This document shows positions 28,548 to 38,950 of a stretch of 64,000 bases of DNA, piece after piece. This DNA is from an uncultured Ectothiorhodospiraceae bacterium (GTDB taxonomy: Bacteria > Pseudomonadota > Gammaproteobacteria > UBA9214), in NCBI GenBank assembly GCA_947259415.1, contig CAMYMI010000008.1, positions 4,368 to 68,367 on the forward strand. Direction: 5' to 3'. A program made the translations under genes and the position numbers. The notes below the pieces were generated by a model that was not told the DNA's origin, ran no database searches, and saw nothing but the letters and a program-made list of their open reading frames with translations. Numbering within the stretch: the stretch's first letter is position 1; every line of letters starts with the position of its first letter.

Positions 28548-29519
28548 ATGCCACGCTACAGTACTGACCGGGAAGTCCTGGAGACCGCGGTCCGCTGGCT
28601 CGGCCGGGGCCGGCGCGTGGCGCTGGTGACCGTTGCCAGGACCTGGGGGTCGTCACCCCGGCCCGTGGGTGCCTTGATGCTGATGGGTGACGACGGCACC
28701 TGCAACGGTTCGGTGTCGGGCGGCTGTGTCGAGGAAGACCTGCTGATGCGCTACCGGGACCACCAGCTCGGGGACACGTTTCCGACCGTTATCGATTACG
28801 GCATCGACCGCGAGGAAGCCACGCGCCTGGGTCTGCCCTGTGGTGGGCGGCTCGAGCTGCTGATCGAGCAGCTCGACAGTGCCGCGCCGCTCGAGCGTCT
28901 GCTCGACAGGATCAGGGCTGGCCAGCTGGTGACGCGGCGCGTGTGCCTGGCCACCGGCGAAGTCAGCCTGCATGCGGCGGCGCCCGCTGATGAGTTCGAC
29001 TACACAAGTGATTACCTGGCGAAGGTGTTCGGTCCGCGCTGGCAATTGCTGCTGATCGGCGACGGACATCTCGCCCGTTACGTCGCACAGCTCGCGCTGA
29101 TGCTGGATTACCGCGTCATCATCTGCGACCCGCGCGATGACTATGAAGCGGATGAAGTCATGGATGCCGTGGAGCGGGTGCACATGATGCCCGACGAGGC
29201 GGTCGAGGCCTATGCAACGCATCCCCGTTGCGCCGTCGTCGCAGTTACTCACGACCCGAAGCTCGATGACATGGCACTGCTCGATGCCCTGAAGTCGCCG
29301 GCGTTCTACATCGGTGCGCTCGGATCAAGGCGCAACAGCGAGCAGCGCCGCGAACGTCTCAAAACCCTGGGGATCACGGACCAGCAGTTACAGCGCCTGC
29401 ACGCCCCCGTCGGTCTGCCCATCGGCAGCCACTCGCCGCCGGAGATCGCCGTGTCCATCCTGGCCGAAATCACCGCCCTGCGGCACCAGGCAGGGAAAGG
29501 CGACGTCAGCGCCACATGA
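28548..29519 (+). CDS. xdhC: XdhC/CoxI family molybdoenzyme maturation factor
   Basis: TWGSSPRP.G, GSVSGGCVE, GLPCGG, THDPKLDD, YIGALGS, PVGL.IGS.SP.EIA.SI.AEI. Confidence 0.93.
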   Translation: MPRYSTDREVLETAVRWLGRGRRVALVTVARTWGSSPRPVGALMLMGDDGTCNGSVSGGCVEEDLLMRYRDHQLGDTFPTVIDYGIDREEATRLGLPCGGRLELLIEQLDSAAPLERLLDRIRAGQLVTRRVCLATGEVSLHAAAPADEFDYTSDYLAKVFGPRWQLLLIGDGHLARYVAQLALMLDYRVIICDPRDDYEADEVMDAVERVHMMPDEAVEAYATHPRCAVVAVTHDPKLDDMALLDALKSPAFYIGALGSRRNSEQRRERLKTLGITDQQLQRLHAPVGLPIGSHSPPEIAVSILAEITALRHQAGKGDVSAT

Positions 29520-30097
29520 CATCGTCCTGTAACGGCATCCTGCTGGCCGCCGGGCAAGGCACCCGGTTCGGCGCCAACAAGCTGTTGTACCCGCTGGAGG
29601 ACGGTACCCCCATGGCGGTCGCTTCCGCCCGGCACCTCAAGGCGGCACTACCCCGCAGCCTCGCCGTGGTCGCGGATGCGGAGAGTGAGCTGGCAGGACG
29701 TCTCGCGAAGGAAGGGTTGCATATCATCGAAAACCCGCGCGCTGCGGAAGGCATGGGCACGAGCATTGCCTGCGGCGTGGCGGCCAGCCCGGATGCAAGG
29801 GGATGGGTCATTGCACTGGCCGATATGCCCCACATCCCGGTGGCCGTCATCCAGGCGGTTGCTGCCGGGCTGGAGCAGGGCGCGGACATCATCGCTCCCG
29901 ACTACAGGGGACAGCGCGGGCACCCGGTGGGATTCGCAGCGCGGCATGGGCCGGCCTTGATGCAGCTGGACGGCGATACGGGCGCACGCGGCATCATCGC
30001 GGCTAACAGCGGTTCGCTGCAGCTGATCGAAACCAGTGATGCGGGGGTTATTTTCGATATCGACAACCCGGGAAAAAAGGGGACAGATTTATTTTAA
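29516..30097 (+). CDS. mocA: Molybdenum cofactor cytidylyltransferase-like nucleotidyltransferase
   Basis: LLAAG.G.RFG.NKLL, GMG.SI..GV, ALADMP, GHPVGF, GDTGAR, DID. Confidence 0.88.
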   Translation: MTSSCNGILLAAGQGTRFGANKLLYPLEDGTPMAVASARHLKAALPRSLAVVADAESELAGRLAKEGLHIIENPRAAEGMGTSIACGVAASPDARGWVIALADMPHIPVAVIQAVAAGLEQGADIIAPDYRGQRGHPVGFAARHGPALMQLDGDTGARGIIAANSGSLQLIETSDAGVIFDIDNPGKKGTDLF

Positions 30098-30133
30098 AAA
30101 AAAAGGGTATGTAAAATAAATCTGTCCCCTTTT
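30073..30133. repeat. AAAAGGGGACAGATTTATTT hairpin repeat
   Basis: Perfect inverted arms. The same family occurs at 32971-33029 and 54588-54632. This copy supplies the last codons and stop of mocA. Confidence 0.85.
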
Positions 30134-30339
30134 CTCCTGATTGAAGCACCCTCTCCCCAGCCCTCTCCCGGAGGGAGAGGGAGCAAGGCCTGATACAATC
30201 CACAAATTCTGCGGAAGAGCCAAAAACCGTAATGCCCCCTTTTTTCCCATGGCGGTATTCCAGCCGGCGATGTCGTACTGCTGCGGTTTTTCAACTACGC
30301 TAATAAGACGGTCCCGCACGATCCCTGAGGAGGTTGACC

Positions 30340-30801
30340 ATGCTGCAGCTGAAGGTGAACGGTCAGACACACACGCTGGATATCGACCCCGACACACCGC
30401 TGCTGTGGGCCCTGCGCGATCACCTGCACCTGCGCGGCACCAAGTACGGCTGCGGCACCGGCCTGTGCGGTTCCTGTACGGTGCACGTCGATGACCGCGC
30501 GGTGCGCGCCTGCCTGGTGCCGGTCAGCGCGGTCAGCGGCAAGGCCGTCACCACCATCGAGGGGCTGGCGCCGGACAGCGAAGCGGTGCAACAGACCTGG
30601 CGCGCGCTGGAGGTGCCGCAGTGCGGCTACTGCCAGCCGGGCATGATCATGGCCAGTGTCGCCCTGCTGCGCGAGAAGCCTTCCCCCACCAGCGCCGACA
30701 TCGACGCGGCAATCACCAATATCTGTCGCTGCGGCACCTACAACCGGGTGCGCCAGGCCATCCTGGCGGCGGCCCGCAAGGGGGAGACCTCCGATGCCTG
30801 A
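30340..30801 (+). CDS. iorA: (2Fe-2S)-binding small subunit of aldehyde/isoquinoline oxidoreductase
   Basis: GTKYGCG.G.CGSCTV, VPQCGYCQPG, NICRCGTY. GAGGAGG RBS. Confidence 0.92.
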   Translation: MLQLKVNGQTHTLDIDPDTPLLWALRDHLHLRGTKYGCGTGLCGSCTVHVDDRAVRACLVPVSAVSGKAVTTIEGLAPDSEAVQQTWRALEVPQCGYCQPGMIMASVALLREKPSPTSADIDAAITNICRCGTYNRVRQAILAAARKGETSDA

Positions 30802-32965
30802 GCTCAAGCTGACCCGCCGTGCCTTCCTGGTTCGCAGCGCCGCCGCCGGTGGCGGACTGCTGATCGGTTTCCACCTGCCCGCCGCACGCAAACTGGCCGC
30901 AGCACCCCTGGCCGCACCGACCGGCGAACAGCCGGTCGAGGTCAATGCGTGGATCGTGATCCAGCCGGACGACAGCGTGGTGATCCGCGTGGCGCGCTCG
31001 GAGATGGGGCAGGGCATCTTCACCGCGCTGCCCATGCTGGTGGCCGAGGAGCTGGGCTGCGACTGGAACCGGGTACGGGCGGAATACGCCTCGGCGAACG
31101 CGAACCTGCAGCGTGACAACGTCTTCGGATCCATGGGCACCGGCGGCAGCCGCTCGATACGCGGCTCCCAGGACTACCTGCGCACGGCCGGTGCCGTGGC
31201 GCGTGAACTGCTGATCGGTGCCGCGGCGGTGCGCTGGGGCGTGCCGGCCGGGGAATGCCATGCCGAGAACAGTGTCATTACCCACAGCGCCACGGGTCGC
31301 CAGGCGGGCTTCGGTGCCGTCGCGGCGGAGGCCGCCTTGTTGAAGCCGCCCGAGACCGTGTTCCTCAAGGAACCCGACGAATGGCAACTGCTCGGCAAGC
31401 CGGTCCCGCGCCTGGACGTGCCCGATAAGATCGCCGGCAAGCCGGTGTTCGGCACCGACGTGGAAGTACCCGGCATGCTGCATGCGGCGATCCACGCCTG
31501 CCCCGTGTTCGGCGGCCGGCTGAAAGGCTTTGATGCCGCGGCGATCGAAAAGCGTGCGGGCGTCGTGAAGGTGGTGCCCCTGGACGATGCCGTGGCGGTG
31601 GTGGCCGAGAGCTGGTGGCAGGCGCAACAGGCACTCAAGGCCCTGCCAGTGGAGTGGGACGAGGCGGGCCATGGCCAGGTCGATGACGCCGAGATCCGCA
31701 CGAGCCTGGAGGCGGGCCTGGACGCGGACAAGGCCGTCACCGTGGCCGAACACGGCAAGCCGGCAGCCGCGTTTGAAACCGCGGAACAGCGCATCGAGGC
31801 GGACTTCTTCGCCCCCTACCTGGCCCACGCGACCATGGAACCGATGACCTGCACCGCGGCCGTGCACAAGGACGGCCGGGTCGAGGTCTGGGTGCCGACG
31901 CAAAACGCCACCAGCAGCCTGGAGGCAGCGGCGCGCACCGCGGGCGTGGACCCGCAACGGGTCGAGGTGCACAACACCCAGCTCGGAGGCGGTTTCGGTC
32001 GGCGCGGCGCCAATCAGGATTTCACCATTCAGGCGGTGCAGATCGCCAAGGCGGTCGGCCGGCCGGTCAAGCTGATGTGGTCGCGCGAGGAAGACACCCA
32101 GCATGACTTCTACCGGCCGGTGAGTATGGCGCGCCTGAAGGCGGCGGTGAACAAGGAAGGGCGGCTTACCGGGCTGACGGTGCGCGTCGCCGCCCCCTCG
32201 ATCCTGACCTCGCTGGGCATGAAGGCCGACGACGGCCACGACCCGGTGGCGCTGCAGGGGCTTGCCGACACCTTTTACGACATCCCCAACCTGCAGACGG
32301 ACTACGCACTGCGCCGGCTGCACGTGCCGATTGGCTTCTGGCGTTCGGTGAACCATTCCCAGAACGCATACTTCCGCGAACACTTCCTCGACCAGGTCGC
32401 CCGCACGACCGGCCAGGACCCCTATCGCTTCCGCCTCGATCTGCTGAAGGAGGCGCCCAAACAACGGGCCGTGCTCGAGGCGGTGGCCGAGCACGCCGGC
32501 TGGGGCACGCCGCTTCCGGAGAAGACCTACCGCGGCATCGCAGTGGAGACCTCCTATGGCAGTCACTGCGCGCAGGTCGCGGAGGTGCGGCTCGAGGGTG
32601 ACGGCCGCTTCCGGCTGCTGCGCATGGTCTGCGCCATCGACCCGGGGCACGTGGTCAACCCCGACACCATCGCCGCCCAGGTGGAGAGCGGGATCACCTA
32701 CGGCCTGACGGCGGCGCTGTTCGGCGCGATTACGATCCGTGATGGCCGCGTGCAGCAGGGCAACTTCGACGACTACCCGATGCTGACCCTGCGGCAGATG
32801 CCCGAGGTGGAGACGCATATCGTCGCCAGCGGCGATTTCTGGGGCGGTGTCGGCGAGCCGCCGCTGCCGCCCAGTGCCCCGGCACTGTGCAATGCCCTGT
32901 ATGCCGCCACCGGCAAGCCCATCCATTCACTGCCACTGAGTAATCACGGACTGCGCCCTGCTTGA
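30794..32965 (+). CDS. iorB: Molybdopterin-binding large subunit (IorB-like), Tat-exported
   Basis: TRRAFL Tat motif, RSEMGQG, TGGS.S, YLAHATMEP, GGGFGRR, WRSV, GGVGEP. Confidence 0.92.
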   Translation: MPELKLTRRAFLVRSAAAGGGLLIGFHLPAARKLAAAPLAAPTGEQPVEVNAWIVIQPDDSVVIRVARSEMGQGIFTALPMLVAEELGCDWNRVRAEYASANANLQRDNVFGSMGTGGSRSIRGSQDYLRTAGAVARELLIGAAAVRWGVPAGECHAENSVITHSATGRQAGFGAVAAEAALLKPPETVFLKEPDEWQLLGKPVPRLDVPDKIAGKPVFGTDVEVPGMLHAAIHACPVFGGRLKGFDAAAIEKRAGVVKVVPLDDAVAVVAESWWQAQQALKALPVEWDEAGHGQVDDAEIRTSLEAGLDADKAVTVAEHGKPAAAFETAEQRIEADFFAPYLAHATMEPMTCTAAVHKDGRVEVWVPTQNATSSLEAAARTAGVDPQRVEVHNTQLGGGFGRRGANQDFTIQAVQIAKAVGRPVKLMWSREEDTQHDFYRPVSMARLKAAVNKEGRLTGLTVRVAAPSILTSLGMKADDGHDPVALQGLADTFYDIPNLQTDYALRRLHVPIGFWRSVNHSQNAYFREHFLDQVARTTGQDPYRFRLDLLKEAPKQRAVLEAVAEHAGWGTPLPEKTYRGIAVETSYGSHCAQVAEVRLEGDGRFRLLRMVCAIDPGHVVNPDTIAAQVESGITYGLTAALFGAITIRDGRVQQGNFDDYPMLTLRQMPEVETHIVASGDFWGGVGEPPLPPSAPALCNALYAATGKPIHSLPLSNHGLRPA

Positions 32966-32970
32966 AAAAG

Positions 32971-33029
32971 GAAAAAGGGGACAGATTTATTTTTCCAGAT
33001 GGCCGGAAAATAAATCTGTCCCCTTTTTC
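32971..33029. repeat. AAAAGGGGACAGATTTATTT hairpin repeat (possible terminator of iorB)
   Basis: GAAAAAGGGGACAGATTTATTTT...AAAATAAATCTGTCCCCTTTTTC directly after the iorB stop. Confidence 0.85.
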
Positions 33030-33074
33030 GGTTGAAACGGGTATACCCTTTGTCAGGCTCTCAACCCAGGTCCC

Positions 33075-34766
33075 ATGCAAACCATGTCACATCCAGTCAC
33101 CCGCCAGTCGCTTATCCTGTTCCTCATCCTCGCCCTGCTGCTGCCGGCCTATGCCTTGGCACAGGAGGAGGGCGCGGCCGCTCCGGTCGATCACGCACAG
33201 CTGCAGGACACCATCGGTACACTGCAATCGCTGCTGCAACTTCAGGCCGAGCTGAAGCGCGACATCCAGAGGCTCAACAAGCAGCTGGCAGCCGCCCAGA
33301 CCGAGGCCGAAAAGAAGGACATCCAGGCGCAGCTGGAAAAGCTGGAGACCGACCTGCAGGCGACTTCCGGGAACCTGAAGGGGATCGCGGCCGGGGCGGA
33401 CATCAGCAGCCTGCGGGTCGAGGAGGAAAAGAAATTCAGCCTGCAGGAAGAGCTGTTTTCGCTGCTCAAGCCCGCACTCAAGGAGATGCGCGACATGACC
33501 AGCCATGTCCGCCAGAAGTCCGAACTCAAGGACCAGATCGCCGACTACCGGGACAAGCTGCCGGTCGCCGAGCTGGCCGTGGACAACCTCACGAGCCTGC
33601 TGCACGAGAATGAGGACGCGTCCCTTGAGCGGCACCTGCAGGGCATGCTGGCGGAATGGAACAAGCAGTTAACGGTCATCAAGAGCGAGCTGCAGTCCGC
33701 CGAGCTGAAGCTCGAAAAGCTGGAGAGTTCGGAGGCCTCCTTGGCCGAGGCCTCGCAGAGCTACCTGAAGGCCTTTTTCCAGAAGCGCGGCCTGTATCTC
33801 GCCCAGGCCATCCTGGCCGTGATGGGTATCCTGCTGCTGTCCCGCCTGAGCTACAAGGCGATGGTGAAGCTGTTGCCCGGCTACCGCAAGGAGCACCGCA
33901 GCTTCCGCACTCGCCTGCTGGACCTGATGCACCGGGTGATCACCGTCATCCTGGCGATCATGGGCCCGATGGTCGTGTTCTATGTGGCGGAGGACTGGGT
34001 GCTGTTCAGTCTCGGCATCCTGCTGCTGCTGGGTATCGGCCTGACCCTGCGCCATGCCCTGCCGCGTTACTGGCAGCAGATCCAGCTGTTTCTCAATGTC
34101 GGTTCGGTGCGCGAGGGGGAACGGATCTACCTCAACGGGCTGCCCTGGCGGGTGCACCAGATCAACATCTTCAGCATGCTGGAAAACCCGACGGCCGAGC
34201 TCTCCCAGCGGGTACGCATCGACGAGCTGGTCGATATGAAATCACACTCGATCAGGCCGGGCGATCCCTGGTTCCCCTGCAAACGCGGTGACTGGGTGCT
34301 GCTGAGCGACGGCATGCGCGGCAAGGTCTCGGGCATCTCCCAGGAACTGGTGGAACTGATCGAGCGGGGCGGGGCGCGCCGGACCTACCAGACCGCGGAT
34401 TTTCTCGCCCTGTCGCCACACAACCTGTCCAGGAGTTTCCGCCTCAAGGAAACCATCGGAATCACCTACAACCTCCAGCAGGACAGCGTGGCCGCCATAC
34501 CGGAAATACTCCAAAACCATATCGAACACCGCGCCGCCGAAGAGGGCTACGGCGACAAGCTGCACAGCCTGCGCGTCGAGTTCGAGAAGGCCAATACCTC
34601 CTCGCTGGACCTCGTGGTGATCGCCGATTTCGATGGTGCCGTCGCGGATCTGTACGGCCGCCTGCGCCGCGCGCTGCAACGCTGGTGTGTCGAGGCCTGT
34701 ACCGAATTCGGTTGGGAGATCCCATTCACCCAGCTGACATTGCACCAGGCCGAAGCTGCAGGCTGA
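33075..34766 (+). CDS. MscS-like mechanosensitive channel with long periplasmic coiled coil
   Basis: Signal peptide, heptad-rich region, three TM segments, G.VREGER, C-terminal ...GWEIPFTQL. Confidence 0.75.
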   Translation: MQTMSHPVTRQSLILFLILALLLPAYALAQEEGAAAPVDHAQLQDTIGTLQSLLQLQAELKRDIQRLNKQLAAAQTEAEKKDIQAQLEKLETDLQATSGNLKGIAAGADISSLRVEEEKKFSLQEELFSLLKPALKEMRDMTSHVRQKSELKDQIADYRDKLPVAELAVDNLTSLLHENEDASLERHLQGMLAEWNKQLTVIKSELQSAELKLEKLESSEASLAEASQSYLKAFFQKRGLYLAQAILAVMGILLLSRLSYKAMVKLLPGYRKEHRSFRTRLLDLMHRVITVILAIMGPMVVFYVAEDWVLFSLGILLLLGIGLTLRHALPRYWQQIQLFLNVGSVREGERIYLNGLPWRVHQINIFSMLENPTAELSQRVRIDELVDMKSHSIRPGDPWFPCKRGDWVLLSDGMRGKVSGISQELVELIERGGARRTYQTADFLALSPHNLSRSFRLKETIGITYNLQQDSVAAIPEILQNHIEHRAAEEGYGDKLHSLRVEFEKANTSSLDLVVIADFDGAVADLYGRLRRALQRWCVEACTEFGWEIPFTQLTLHQAEAAG

Positions 34767-34777
34767 TCAAAAAATAA

Positions 34778-34956
34778 ATCGCGCCTGCGAGGCGCTCCTA
34801 CAGCAATTTCCCGTCCCTGTAGGAGCGCCTCGCAGGCGCGATCTGTTTTCCAACCAATCCTGCAGGCGCGAAGAAATTAAATGGGACAGCAATGGGACAT
34901 GCCGGTTTTTATAATCAGGAAATTCGTGTGTGTGCAACACCGGAAGGCCCCATTTT
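34778..34956. repeat. REP doublet plus ~70-bp GGGAC hairpin
   Basis: ATCGCGCCTGCGAGGCGCTCCTACA / TGTAGGAGCGCCTCGCAGGCGCGAT (an uninterrupted REP). The hairpin at 34891-34956 is related to those at 36523-36593 and 38583-38653. Confidence 0.8.
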
Positions 34957-35083
34957 CACATAATTTTCCGGCTTAGTTACTGGATCAGCAGGAAATTTTG
35001 CAAAGGCGGCGGCGTGTCGCTATCGTTCCAGCTGTCTGCCCCGGACAGGCAAATAATCAGTCACTGATTGGAAACTACAACTT

Positions 35084-36454
35084 ATGCAGTACGAAACCGT
35101 TGACGCCCTGATTACCCCGGAAGGCAGCCTGGAAGTGCTGTCCAAGGCCGAGGTAGCCAAGCTCCTGGATACCAGCCAGGGCGGGCTGTACACCACGCTG
35201 CGCAATTGTGCACTCGCGGTGCTTAACGTCGGCAGCGAACTGGATGACGGCAAGGAGTTGCTGGAACGCTATCAATCTTTTGATATCCAGGTCATCCCGG
35301 AAGAACGTGGTATCAAGCTGAATGTAACCGGCGCGCCGGCCAGTGCCTTTGTCGACGGGGTGATGATCAAGGGCATCAGCGAGCACCTGCTGTCGGTGCT
35401 GCGCGACGTGGTCTATGTCAGCGACAAGATCGCCACCAACCCGAAGTTTGACCTGGTGTCCTCGGAAGGTATCACCAATGCGGTGTTTCACATGCTGCGC
35501 AATGCCAACATCCTGCGCCCGATGACCAATCCGAGCCTGGTGGTGTGCTGGGGCGGGCACTCGATCAGCCGGCACGAATACGATTACACCAAGGAGGTCG
35601 GCTATCAGCTGGGCCTGCGCGGGCTGGACAACTGCACGGGCTGCGGTCCGGGCGCCATGAAGGGACCGATGAAGGGTGCCACCATCGGCCATGCCAAGCA
35701 GCGCATTAAAAACGGGCAATACCTGGGTATCACGGAGCCGGGCATCATCGCGGCGGAATCACCCAACCCGATCGTGAACCAACTCGTCATCCTGCCGGAC
35801 ATCGAGAAACGCCTGGAGGCCTTTGTGCGCACCGGCCACGGGGTCGTGGTGTTTCCCGGCGGCGTCGGTACCGCCGAGGAGATCCTCTATATCCTGGGCA
35901 TCCTGCTGCACCCGGATAATGCCGACGTGCCGTTCCCGCTGATCTTCACCGGCCCGGCCAGCGCCGCGGACTATTTCAGGGAAATCGATTCCTTTCTCGG
36001 CGCCACCCTGGGCGAGGCGGCGCAGCAGCGTTACAGCATCATTATCGATGACCCGGCGCGCGTGGCACGCGAGATAAAGGTGGGCATCGCCGAGGTGCGC
36101 AGTTTCCGCAAGCAACACGATGATGCCTATTACTTCAACTGGCTGCTCAGGATCGAGCTGGAGTTCCAGCAGCCCTTCGCCCCGACACATGAAAACATGC
36201 GCAATCTGGAGTTGCACCATGACCTGCCGCCTCACACCCTGGCCGCCAACCTGCGGCGCGCCTTTTCGGGAATCGTCGCCGGCAATGTAAAAGACGAGGG
36301 CATCCGTGCCATCGAGCGCCACGGCCACTTCGAGATCCACGGGGATGACCGCATCATGACCCCGCTTGATTCCCTGCTGAAATCCTTCGTGGCACAACGG
36401 CGCATGAAACTGCCGGGCAAGGAATATGTACCGTGCTACCGCATCATCAAGTGA
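35084..36454 (+). CDS. ppnN: Nucleotide 5'-monophosphate nucleosidase PpnN (YgdH)
   Basis: VVCWGGHSI, CTGCGPGAMKGPMKGA, TEPGIIAAE.PNPIVN, PDIEKRLEAFVR, PGGVGTAEE, NLRRAFSGIVAGNVK. Confidence 0.96.
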   Translation: MQYETVDALITPEGSLEVLSKAEVAKLLDTSQGGLYTTLRNCALAVLNVGSELDDGKELLERYQSFDIQVIPEERGIKLNVTGAPASAFVDGVMIKGISEHLLSVLRDVVYVSDKIATNPKFDLVSSEGITNAVFHMLRNANILRPMTNPSLVVCWGGHSISRHEYDYTKEVGYQLGLRGLDNCTGCGPGAMKGPMKGATIGHAKQRIKNGQYLGITEPGIIAAESPNPIVNQLVILPDIEKRLEAFVRTGHGVVVFPGGVGTAEEILYILGILLHPDNADVPFPLIFTGPASAADYFREIDSFLGATLGEAAQQRYSIIIDDPARVAREIKVGIAEVRSFRKQHDDAYYFNWLLRIELEFQQPFAPTHENMRNLELHHDLPPHTLAANLRRAFSGIVAGNVKDEGIRAIERHGHFEIHGDDRIMTPLDSLLKSFVAQRRMKLPGKEYVPCYRIIK

Positions 36455-36705
36455 TTGTGTGGCCATCGCAGCGCCTCAATAGAAATGACCTGACCCTGTA
36501 GTCGCGGTCTCCTGACCGCGATAAAAAGGGGAGATTTCGGTTTTTTTATAATCAGGGAATCCGGATGGGTGCAAGAACCAGAATGTCACCTTTGTCTCTC
36601 GCTTTCCCACCCTGTCCTACACCCACTGACTGCATTGTCTTATACGACAGGAATGACACGTTGTGGTATCAACTAAAGTCTTTACATGCTGTCAGGAGGC
36701 CAAGG

Positions 36706-37245
36706 ATGGCGGAGCAAACCACGTCGAATGATGGCTCGATTATCCCGCTGGAACAAATCACCCATTCCATCTATCTGATCCGGGGGCAGAAGGTCTTGCT
36801 GAATGTTCATCTTGCAGCTTTGTACAACGTTGAAACAAAAATATTGCTGCAGTCAGTAAAGAGGAATAGGGAAAGATTCCCCGATGATTTTATGTTTCAG
36901 CTGACAAAACAGGAGTTTAACGACTTGAGGTCACAAATTGTGACCTCAAGATGGGGAGGGAGGCGCTACCCGCCTTTTGCCTTTACAGAGCAGGGTGTGG
37001 CCATGCTCTCCAGCGTATTACGCAGCAAGCGTGCGATCCAGGTCAATGTCGAGATCATGCGCGCCTTTGTTCAGTTGCGCCGGTTGCTGACATCAAACAC
37101 AGATCTCTCCAAAAAGCTCGAACAGCTGGAACAAAAATATGATGCACAATTCAAAATTGTGTTTGACGCGATCCGTGAACTCATGAAACCACCCGCGCAT
37201 AAGAAACGCCCCATCGGCTTTGCCCCCTGGAAAGAAGACAAGTAG
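36706..37245 (+). CDS. ORF6N domain DNA-binding protein
   Basis: [69 protein letters not shown]. Confidence 0.9.
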   Translation: MAEQTTSNDGSIIPLEQITHSIYLIRGQKVLLNVHLAALYNVETKILLQSVKRNRERFPDDFMFQLTKQEFNDLRSQIVTSRWGGRRYPPFAFTEQGVAMLSSVLRSKRAIQVNVEIMRAFVQLRRLLTSNTDLSKKLEQLEQKYDAQFKIVFDAIRELMKPPAHKKRPIGFAPWKEDK

Positions 37246-37341
37246 GTTTTTCTTACGCTGTAGTAGCGGCCCCCTTTTAAACTCCGGCGGGGAATACCCA
37301 ACCTGCGCCTGCGAAAAACAGGGTCTGTCCCCAATTTTTCA

Positions 37342-37749
37342 TCAAGCCACCTTGTTGCGCCCGATATAATCCAGCACTGCACGGGCGAGTAACCCGGACC
37401 GGCTGTCCCCTTCCCGTTTGGCCTGTTCATCCACCAGTGCGAGGACCCGCTCGGGCAGGGTGATGTTAATGCGCTTCGCCTTGCTCGCCAGTTTGGAAAG
37501 ATCGACATTGACCAATGCCCAGGTGCCGCCGGCAAAGTCCTTGTTCTGCTGATGCACCTCAACGGACTGCGCCTCGGGTATAACATCACCCTCTAACAGC
37601 AACCCTTCCAGATGACATTCGATGGCCTCGACAACCAGGGTCAATGCATCTTCCAGTGTCTCTCCCGCCGAAAAACAACCCGGCAAGTCCGGTACCGTCA
37701 CACCGTAATCAGATGTTTTGTCCTTGTGGATAACAACCGGATAACGCAT
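37342..37749 (-). CDS. hicB: HicB antitoxin with C-terminal ribbon-helix-helix
   Basis: YGVTVPDLPGCFSAGET, KRINITLP, SRSGLL. Confidence 0.93.
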   Translation of the reverse strand: MRYPVVIHKDKTSDYGVTVPDLPGCFSAGETLEDALTLVVEAIECHLEGLLLEGDVIPEAQSVEVHQQNKDFAGGTWALVNVDLSKLASKAKRINITLPERVLALVDEQAKREGDSRSGLLARAVLDYIGRNKVA

Positions 37750-37750
37750 C

Positions 37751-37942
37751 TCATGAACCCCAACGCCAGCCTACCTGGCGATAAATATTGCGCAGCGTGC
37801 CAACGGGTAAATCCTTTTTCGGATGTGGCACGGTCACCCGACCGGACTTCGCTGGATGGGTGAACTGAAAGTGCGAACCTTTCGCATGACAGAGTACCCA
37901 ACCCTCGGCCTCCAACCGTTTGATGACATCCCTGCTACGCAT
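37751..37942 (-). CDS. hicA: HicA mRNA interferase toxin
   Basis: LE.EGW....KGSH.QF.HP...G.VTVPHPKKDL..GTL..I..Q.G. Confidence 0.93.
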   Translation of the reverse strand: MRSRDVIKRLEAEGWVLCHAKGSHFQFTHPAKSGRVTVPHPKKDLPVGTLRNIYRQVGWRWGS

Positions 37943-38117
37943 TAATACACACCATACACACTACGTCAATCGGAAGGCTGACAATCACAACTCACGGTAT
38001 CTGCGATGAGACCGGCTGGCAGTCAGCCCGATGCTGAATGTGGGGTCGGATACAGGCTTGTTTTGAATAGGAAATTCATCCGGGCAAATCGAGTTTACCC
38101 CCGAAATCCCGGGATTC

Positions 38118-38144
38118 GTCATTCCCGCGAATGCGGGAATCCAG
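38118..38144. repeat. dRS3-like palindrome ATTCCC-N8-GGGAAT
   Basis: GTCATTCCCGCGAATGCGGGAATCCAG. Confidence 0.7.
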
Positions 38145-38168
38145 AAATGGGAATTGATTATATTTCAC

Positions 38169-38660
38169 CTGTAGGAGCGTCCCCTGGCCACGATATGGTG
38201 TTCAAACAAACCTGCAGGCGCGCCTCGTTTATGCCCGGTGCTTAATCGGGTGCAGGCGCGATAAAATGCAGTTCCCCTCTCACCTCCGGGACACCTACAG
38301 GGATGTAGGTGGTAGAGCAACGCAGGACGCTGTTGCCGAGAGGGTTAGGGAGAGGGGCTAAATAGTTCTTGCTGCTAATTCCTGGGGCGCGATAAACAAA
38401 GCATCATCGACTTGATGGGTCCGCTGCGCTTGACCCATCCTACGAATGGCAACTGTAGGTTGGGTTAAGGAGCGAAAGCGACGGACCCAACAGGAATGAA
38501 CTTCGCCTCCCCTCAAGGGGAGAAGGACTTGGTCGTAGGAGCGTCTCGTTTATGCCCGGCGCTTGATCGGGTGCAGGCGCAATAAAAAGGTGACATTCTG
38601 TTTTTTCTAATCAGGAAATCCGGGTGGGTGCGATAACCAGAATGTCCCCTTTATTTCCCG
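38169..38660. repeat. Cluster of REP, boxC-like and GGGGAC hairpin repeats
   Basis: Several GTAG/GCAG REP halves with TTTATGCC inserts, a boxC-like hairpin with a 48-bp insert (~38292-38339), a REP doublet at 38415-38491 and a hairpin at 38583-38653. Confidence 0.75.
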
Positions 38661-38670
38661 ATCCCGGGAA

Positions 38671-38937
38671 TCACGCCACTGCTCGACGCTTCATCGCCTG
38701 GTCAAGGTCATAGGTCGCCTGCAGATTCATCCACAGCTTCGCAGACGTCCCCAAAACTTCGGCCAGATCCAGCGCAGACTCGGCTGTAATCCCGCGCTTG
38801 CCCTTGATGAGCTCATTCAAGCGCGCGCGCGTCCATCCCAGTCGCTCGGCAAACGCTGTCTGGGTAATGCCCGCAGGCTGCAGAAACTCCTCGAGCAGGA
38901 ACTCACCGGGATGAAACGGGTTGCCGGGTTGCTTCAT
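38671..38937 (-). CDS. higA: HigA antitoxin (XRE HTH)
   Basis: HPGE.L.EEFL, LNELIKGKRGIT, WMNLQ..YDL. Confidence 0.93.
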   Translation of the reverse strand: MKQPGNPFHPGEFLLEEFLQPAGITQTAFAERLGWTRARLNELIKGKRGITAESALDLAEVLGTSAKLWMNLQATYDLDQAMKRRAVA

Positions 38938-38950
38938 ATCGTCGTACCTC

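Noticed and set aside
30713-32926. 737-aa minus-strand ORF
   Set aside because: Antisense shadow of iorB.
32962-33255. 97-aa ORF beginning MKKEKGDRFIF
   Set aside because: Translation of the GGGGACAGATTTATTT hairpin repeat. The same applies to the ORFs at 27835, 30094, 39275 and 39385.
37945-37962. TACACAC direct repeats upstream of hicA as a HicB operator
   Set aside because: Plausible but too short and non-palindromic to call from sequence alone.
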